A stretch of DNA of 30,665 bases from Jiangellaceae bacterium (lineage in GTDB: Bacteria > Actinomycetota > Actinomycetes > Jiangellales > Jiangellaceae), in NCBI GenBank assembly GCA_030146385.1, contig JASLBX010000004.1, positions 1 through 30,665 on the forward strand, given 5' to 3'. A model generated the notes under the pieces. That model was not told the origin of the DNA. It did no database searches and saw nothing but the letters and a program-made list of their open reading frames with translations. This document shows, in pieces, positions 21,230 through 30,665 of the stretch (its first letter is position 1; every line of letters starts with the position of its first letter). A program made the translations under genes and the position numbers.

Positions 21230-21263
21230 TCTGCCATCATCACAGACAGTTAGGCTCGCCGCT

Positions 21264-22786
<1,523 letters not shown>

Positions 22787-22790
<4 letters not shown>

Positions 22791-24172
22791 CCATGACACC
22801 GCAGGAGATCGTCGACCGCTGCCTCGAGCTGGCCAAGGCCGACGGATGCGTCGTGCTCGTCGACGAGAGCCACAGCGCCAATCTGCGCTGGGCCAACAAC
22901 ACCCTCACCACCAACGGAATCATCCGGTCCAGGTCGGTCACTGTCATCGCGACGGTCGGCGGCGGTACCGGGACGTCGTCCGGCGTCGTGGCACGCAGCG
23001 CCGTGACGGAGGACGTGCTCGAGCCGCTCGTGCGGGCAGCCGAGCAGGCCGCCCGCGACAATGGGCCGGCCGACGACGCCCGACCGCTCGTGGCCGGAGA
23101 CGCCATCGCTGACTGGACGGACGAGCCGGGCGAGACGTCGATGAACGTGTTCGGCGAGATCGCGCCGGGGCTCGGCGAGGCCTTTGGCCGGGCCCGGTCC
23201 GCCGACCGGGTGCTGTACGGATACGTCGAGCACGACGTCACGACCACATATCTCGGATCGTCCACCGGGCTGCGGGGCCGGCACGTCCAGCCGACCGGGC
23301 ACATCGGCATCACCGGCAAGTCCGGCGATCTGACCCGCTCGGCCTGGGTCGGGCAGGCGTCCCGTGCCCTGACGGACGTGAACGTGGCGAGCCTGGACAC
23401 CGAGCTCGCCCGCCGGCTTGGCTGGGCCGAACGCCGCGTCAACCTGCCGGCCGGCCGCTACGACACGGTGCTGCCGCCCACGGCCGTGGCGGACCTGATG
23501 ATCTACGCGTACTGGACGATGAGCGCCCGCGACGCCCACGACGGGCGGACGGTGTTCTCCAAGCCGGGCGGTGGCACCCGCGTTGGCGATCGCCTGTCAC
23601 GGGATCCGGTCACGCTCTGGTCCGATCCCGCCGAGCCCGGCCTGGAATGCCCTCCGTTCGTCATCGCGCACGCGTCCGGCGCCCATCAGAGCGTGTTCGA
23701 CAACGGGCTGCCCTTCTCGCGTACCGACTGGATCGCCGACGGGACGCTGACCGCGCTCCAGCAGACCCGGCACTCCGCGGATCTGACGGGGTTGAGCATG
23801 ACGCCCGTGGTGGACAACCTGGCCATGAGCGTGGCCGGCGGAACCGGGACGGCAGACGACCTGGTGGCCGGCGTCGAGCGCGGGCTCTTGCTCACCTGCC
23901 TGTGGTACATCCGTGAGGTTGACCCGCAGAATCTGCTGCTGACCGGGCTGACTCGCGACGGGGTGTACCTGGTCGAGGACGGGGAAGTGGTCGGGGCCGT
24001 GAACAACTTCCGGTTCAATGAGAGCCCAGTGGCGCTGCTTGACCGGTTCAGCCAGGCCGGGGCGACCGTCCCGGCGTTCAGCCGTGAGTGGGGCGACTAC
24101 TTCCCGCGCACGGCAATGCCGGGTCTCCGCGTCCCGGACTTCAACATGTCCTCGGTCTCCCCTGCGTCCTAA
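22787..24172 (+). CDS. TldE/PmbA-related partner subunit
   Basis: SANLRWANNTLTTNG, LPAGRYDTVLPP, LLTGLTRDGVYLVEDGEV.GAVNNFRFNESP; GTGA overlap with tldD (alternative ATG 22793); no HExxxH seen. Confidence 0.9.
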
Positions 24173-24179
24173 TTGACCA

Positions 24180-24206
24180 CGTAAAGAGGGGACTCCCCTC
24201 TTTACG
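24180..24206. repeat. Perfect 13-bp-arm palindrome between convergent genes (possible bidirectional terminator or collapsed family-2 element)
   Basis: CGTAAAGAGGGGA-C-TCCCCTCTTTACG. Confidence 0.8.
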
Positions 24207-24263
24207 CGGCTTGCAAGAGTGGCAAAGGCGGGACAAGCCCGGTAGAGCCGTGGCTGAGCCGCA

Positions 24264-24926
24264 TCAGGGCTCGTTCTCCCGCTGGACGATCGCGGCGGGC
24301 GGAACCTCCGGCTCGACGGCGGATCGTGTCCGGCGCCCGCGCACATACCGCGTCACCTCGACCAAAACGGTGATACCTATCGCGATCGCGAAACCCGTCA
24401 GCAGGCCGCGTAGCGGGTCGTCCTCGAAGGCGCGGCCACCCAGATAGCCGATCACCGCTGCGTAGGTGGCCCACGACAGCGCGGCGATGGCGTCGAAGAA
24501 GGCGAACCTTCGCAGGGGGTACCCGACCGTGCCGCAGGTCAGCGTCGTCGCCGTCCGGCCGCCGGGCACGTAGCGCGCGATCACTAGGATCAGCCCGCCA
24601 CGCTTGTAAAGCGTCCGCGCCGCCCAGTCGAACGACTTGCGTGATCGAGAACCCTCGCTCGCCCGCGCCAGTAGCCGCCCGCCACCGAACCGACCGATGA
24701 AGTACGAGATGTGGTCGCCGATGAACGCACCGGCAGCGCTGCTGAGTATGACCAGCAGTAGGTTGGGGCTGGCGTTCGAGGCAGCGAACACACCCGCGCT
24801 GATGACCAGCGTCTCGCTCGGCACAACGGGGAAGAACGCGTCGATCGCCGCGATGGCCAGCAGGCCCAGGTAAATCCACGGCGAGCCCATCGCACTTTCG
24901 ACAGCCTGGACTATCCCGTCGATCAC
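24264..24926 (-). CDS. DedA family membrane protein
   Basis: DAFFPVVPSETLVI, GAFIGDHISYFIGR, ARYVPGGR motifs. Start placed at GTG 24926 after GAGAGGGGAA. Confidence 0.93.
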   Translation of the reverse strand: MIDGIVQAVESAMGSPWIYLGLLAIAAIDAFFPVVPSETLVISAGVFAASNASPNLLLVILSSAAGAFIGDHISYFIGRFGGGRLLARASEGSRSRKSFDWAARTLYKRGGLILVIARYVPGGRTATTLTCGTVGYPLRRFAFFDAIAALSWATYAAVIGYLGGRAFEDDPLRGLLTGFAIAIGITVLVEVTRYVRGRRTRSAVEPEVPPAAIVQRENEP

Positions 24927-25079
24927 GCGTTCCCCTCTCGGCAGGCACCCTGACCTCTGATCGTAGGCGCCTCCGCGGCGTCCCATATCGGACCTACGGG
25001 TGAACGTTCCCCGATATCGTCTCCGGGTTCGCCCTCAGCCAAGCCCAAGTACCAGGCCCAGAGCGCGAAACCCACAAGT

Positions 25080-25102
25080 TTGTCGGAGCCGGCTGGCACG
25101 CT
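25080..25102 (+). promoter_or_regulatory. Candidate PafBC-type promoter of the DUF2786 gene
   Basis: TTGTCGG agccggctgg CACGCT: perfect upstream hexamer, exact 10-nt spacer, -10 variant CAnnnT. Confidence 0.6.
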
Positions 25103-25142
25103 GCAGCGACAAACAACCCCGACCAACCAAGGGAGGACGGCC

Positions 25143-26555
25143 GTGGGTCAGAACTCCAAGGCACGGCGCGAGGCCAAGCTGCGCGAACGGAGGCGGCGCG
25201 AGCAGGCGCGCTCGAATGCTCGGCGCGGCCGCGCGGGCACCCGGCAGACCGGTCCACACGCTGCTCAAGACGCTGCCGCGGGAATCCACGCCGCTTCCGA
25301 TACCCCCCGAGTACAGCAACAACCGCCTGAGCCACCGCCCGAGAGCGTCATCCGGCTGCTGGCGAAACTGGCCCATTCCTTGCAGTACAACCTCACAGAC
25401 GACGCCGAGCGGCTGGTCACACAACTCGTCGCGATTGACACGGCGTACCCGAAGCTGCTCGACCAGCAGTTGAGACGTGCGCTGGCCAATGCCGTCCGCT
25501 CGGCGTTCCAGGCCGGCTGGCTCCCACTGGACGTGGTCGAGCAGGCCCGGCGGCGACTCGACGAACGTGTCCAGCCGTTCCTGATCGACGCGATCCTTAC
25601 CGAGCACTCTCGCTACTCCGCCGCCACGATTGACACTCGGTGGGAGGCCCAGGTGGACGAACTGCCCGCGACGCAGCCCCTTCGTGCAGACCGTCCGCTC
25701 CTGGCCCAGTGGACCGAACGTTATGGCGTCGACCGCCACGACGGACTTCGTGGGATCGTATCGATCGCCGGGTTCTGCCCGGACCTGCCGCCTTTGCCCC
25801 GGCTGGTGCCACTCCCCGGCTCCGGCCGGGCAGATCAGGGCTCGGTGCGGACGGGTGTCGATCACAAGGTGCTCACTCGAATCCGCAGCCTCCTCGCCAA
25901 GGCCGAATCGACGGAGTTCGCCAGCGAGGCGGACGCCCTTTCGGCCAAGGCCCAGGAGCTGATGTCGAAGTTCTCCCTGGACCGCGCCCTTGTGGAGGCA
26001 GGCATGGAGGCATCCGAGCCACTCGACGCCCCCACCGCGAGGCGCATCTGGCTGGACGCACCCTACGTGTCGGCCAAGACGAACCTCGTCGGCGCAGTGG
26101 CCCGGGCCAACGGATGCCGGGTCGTCACGGCCACCGGCCTCGACTTCGTCACCGTCCTCGGCCGCGAGACCGATCTGCAGCTGGTCGAGCTGCTCGTGAC
26201 GTCCCTGCTCGTCCAGGCCAGCCGCGAGATGCTCCGCGCTGGCCGTCAGGTCACGGCCTACGGACGCTCCACAACACGCTCGTACCGGCACTCGTTCCTG
26301 GTTTCGTATGCCGTTCGGATCGGTGAGCGACTACGGGCCGCTACCCAAACAGCTCGCGACAGCGTCGATGACGCCGAACGCCTACTGCCCGTGCTGGCGA
26401 CGCGCGAGCAGCAGGTCGAAGAGATGGTCACCGAGCTGTTCCCCCATACGGTGTCGCGACGGGTCTCGGTGTCCAACGCCGCCGGATGGCAACACGGCCG
26501 CACTGCTGCGGACATGGCGACGCTCAACACCGGACGGCCAGTGGAGGCGGGATGA
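25143..26555 (+). CDS. DUF2786 domain-containing protein
   Basis: KVLTRIRSLLAKAEST.F..EA.AL..KAQELM.KF (DUF2786) and RSYRHSFLVSYA.RIGERL; GTG 25143 preceded by SD GGGAGG. Confidence 0.88.
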   Translation: MGQNSKARREAKLRERRRREQARSNARRGRAGTRQTGPHAAQDAAAGIHAASDTPRVQQQPPEPPPESVIRLLAKLAHSLQYNLTDDAERLVTQLVAIDTAYPKLLDQQLRRALANAVRSAFQAGWLPLDVVEQARRRLDERVQPFLIDAILTEHSRYSAATIDTRWEAQVDELPATQPLRADRPLLAQWTERYGVDRHDGLRGIVSIAGFCPDLPPLPRLVPLPGSGRADQGSVRTGVDHKVLTRIRSLLAKAESTEFASEADALSAKAQELMSKFSLDRALVEAGMEASEPLDAPTARRIWLDAPYVSAKTNLVGAVARANGCRVVTATGLDFVTVLGRETDLQLVELLVTSLLVQASREMLRAGRQVTAYGRSTTRSYRHSFLVSYAVRIGERLRAATQTARDSVDDAERLLPVLATREQQVEEMVTELFPHTVSRRVSVSNAAGWQHGRTAADMATLNTGRPVEAG

Positions 26556-26563
26556 CTGCTGTG

Positions 26564-29422
<2,859 letters not shown>

Positions 29423-29443
29423 AGCTCCTCGCGGGCTGTGGTG

Positions 29444-29574
29444 TCCCCCTCTGTCGGGCGTCCGGACGTGCCCTCCAGAGTTGCCTCGCCCGACCGGTCC
29501 TTCGTGCCTGAGAGGTTGGCGGGGAGTTGCCCCTTCGGCGCCCCACTTTCACGCGGGGTCTCTCCCGGCCGGGT
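29444..29574 (-). ncRNA. Glycine riboswitch
   Basis: Minus strand: CCCGGCCGGGAGAGACCCC...GGGGCGCCGAAGGGGCAA...AACCTCTCAGGCACGAAGGACCGGTCGGG, then CAACTCTGGAG...GACAGAGGGG; directly upstream of gcvP. Confidence 0.93.
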
Positions 29575-29640
29575 TCGATGGCTCGACATTTAGGTTAACG
29601 CGACCGACTCGGCGTGGCGAACGGAGACACGCTGGGCCGC

Positions 29641-29744
29641 CCACCAGGTGTCTCGGCGCCGTACCACCCGCGTGCGCCTGGTACGGCAGAGCCACGCCTG
29701 CTGAACGTGATCGAACTGCCCCGGCCTGAACGTGATCGAACTGC
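29641..29744. repeat. Dispersed palindromic repeat, family 1, copy D, with duplicated terminus
   Basis: CCACCAGGTGTCTCGGCGCCGTACCA...TGGTACGGC...TGCTGAACGTGATCGAAC; CTGAACGTGATCGAACTGC occurs at 29701-29719 and 29726-29744. Confidence 0.9.
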
Positions 29745-29753
29745 GCGGCGGAG

Positions 29754-30359
29754 TTAGGCTCCCGCGACCCGGCTCCGGCGGCGAACAGCCAGCTCGTCGC
29801 CTGGGTGCTCGCCGGCCTCCTGACCCGGTCGCTCGGCCGGTAGCTCGGTGAGCGTGGCCTCGACCTCGCGCCAGACCCTTCCCACAGCGATGCCGAACAC
29901 GCCCTGGCCACCCTGCACCAGATCGATGACCTCGTCGGTCGAGGTGCACTCGTAGACGCTGGCGCCGTCGCTCATGAGGGTGATGCCGGCCAGGTCCTGA
30001 ACGCCGCGCGCACGCAGGTGCTGGACGGCTTGGCGGATCTGCTGCAGTGACACTCCGGTGTCCAGGAGGCGCTTGACGATCTTCAAGACGAGGACGTCGC
30101 GGAACGAGTACAGCCGCTGGCTGCCGGACCCGTGAGCGGCCCGGATCGACGGCTCGACCAGCCCGGTGCGGGCCCAGTAGTCCAGCTGCCGGTAGGTGAT
30201 GCCGGCCGCCGCGCACGCGGTCGGCCCCCGGTAGCCGACGTCCTCCGGGACCGGCCCGACCATGCCTTCGAACAACAGCCCTTGTCGGCTGGCCTCGGCT
30301 GCGGCGTCGCGATCAGCGCCCCCTGCCGGACCAGCTCCGCGTGTGCTGTCTCCGCTCAC
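29754..30359 (-). CDS. MerR family transcriptional regulator (Rv1830-like)
   Basis: GYRGPTACAAAGITYRQLDYWARTGLVEPSIR.A.GSGSQRLYSFRD; conserved position upstream of gcvP; SD GGAGG. Confidence 0.95.
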   Translation of the reverse strand: MSGDSTRGAGPAGGADRDAAAEASRQGLLFEGMVGPVPEDVGYRGPTACAAAGITYRQLDYWARTGLVEPSIRAAHGSGSQRLYSFRDVLVLKIVKRLLDTGVSLQQIRQAVQHLRARGVQDLAGITLMSDGASVYECTSTDEVIDLVQGGQGVFGIAVGRVWREVEATLTELPAERPGQEAGEHPGDELAVRRRSRVAGA

Positions 30360-30395
30360 GCCGATCCCTCCGTGGATTGAACTTGACCACTGGTG

Positions 30396-30424
30396 ACGCT
30401 AGGCCGCGGACACACATCGGTCAA
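30396..30424 (-). promoter_or_regulatory. Housekeeping-sigma promoter of the MerR gene
   Basis: TTGACC-N17-TAGCGT on the minus strand. Confidence 0.7.
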
Positions 30425-30470
30425 TGCAACACGCGGGATAAGTCTCAACCTGAACTTCACCCTGGTCGCC

Positions 30471-30618
30471 GTTCGATCACGTTCAGCAGTCTTCTGCCTG
30501 CCGTACCAGGTGCACGCGCCTGTTGGAGTGCCGAGAAACCTGGTGGACGTGATCAATCGGTGCCGTACCACCCGCATGCGCCTGGTACGGCACCCACGCG
30601 CATGCTGAACGTGATCAA
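30471..30618. repeat. Two inverted family-1 copies (E1 30471-30556, E2 30558-30618)
   Basis: E1 starts GTTCGATCACGTTCAGCA and ends TGGTGGACGTGATCAA. E2 has GGTGCCGTACCA-N12-TGGTACGGCACC and ends TGCTGAACGTGATCAA, abutting the stop codon at 30619. Confidence 0.92.
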
Positions 30619-30665
30619 TCAGCGCTCGCTGCCGAAGTCCTCGGGCGAGACGTGGTCGAGGAACT
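30619..30665 (-). CDS. 3' end of a bifunctional nuclease (DUF151, Rv1829-like) gene
   Basis: Translates as ...FLDHVSPEDFGSER*, matching the typical FLD.(I/V)SPEDF C-terminus; expected synteny upstream of the Rv1830-like MerR. Confidence 0.75.
   Translation of the reverse strand, partial: FLDHVSPEDFGSER

Noticed and set aside
24998..25014. GAACGTTC palindrome upstream of dedA as a LexA box
   Set aside because: The actinobacterial SOS box is TCGAAC-N4-GTTCGA; here there is no spacer and the flanks do not match.
30356..30608. Short ORFs upstream of MerR (73 aa on -, 71 aa on +)
   Set aside because: They are translations of the promoter and repeat DNA; their similarity to ORFs near 254-445 and 11386-11730 simply reflects the repeat.
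29641..30618. Possible CRISPR array from the repeated CTGAACGTGATC units
   Set aside because: No regular repeat-spacer period, mixed orientations and no cas genes. The RecB-like nuclease is Cas4-like in fold only and is in its usual housekeeping position.

Overview
High-GC actinobacterial chromosome segment (genus not determinable from sequence alone). It is centred on the conserved Pup-proteasome locus, which reads on the minus strand: M50 peptidase, trmI, arc, dop, pup, prcB, prcA, pafA, two FKBP PPIases, [DUF3866 on +], pafB, pafC, a small membrane ORF, tatA, tatC and a DAG-kinase-family gene. Further right are a RecB/PD-(D/E)XK nuclease, a NarL-type two-component pair, an SrsABC-like type III PKS trio, tldD/tldE, dedA, a DUF2786 gene, gcvP behind a glycine riboswitch, a MerR regulator and the 3' end of a DUF151 gene. 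The genes are mostly housekeeping, so the interesting signal is non-coding. (1) A ~60-86 bp palindromic REP/MITE-like element occurs five times, each at a gene 3' end, and three other GATC-ended palindromic elements occupy similar positions. (2) PafBC-type promoters (TGTCGG-N10-TAnnnT) precede the RecB nuclease and DUF2786 genes, and one-mismatch versions precede both arc and pup. (3) Leaderless start architecture is widespread. (4) The glycine riboswitch appears to be a singlet with a ghost aptamer. (5) A 57-aa membrane ORF was missed by the ORF track. All gene calls come from motif recognition and synteny; no database searches were run.
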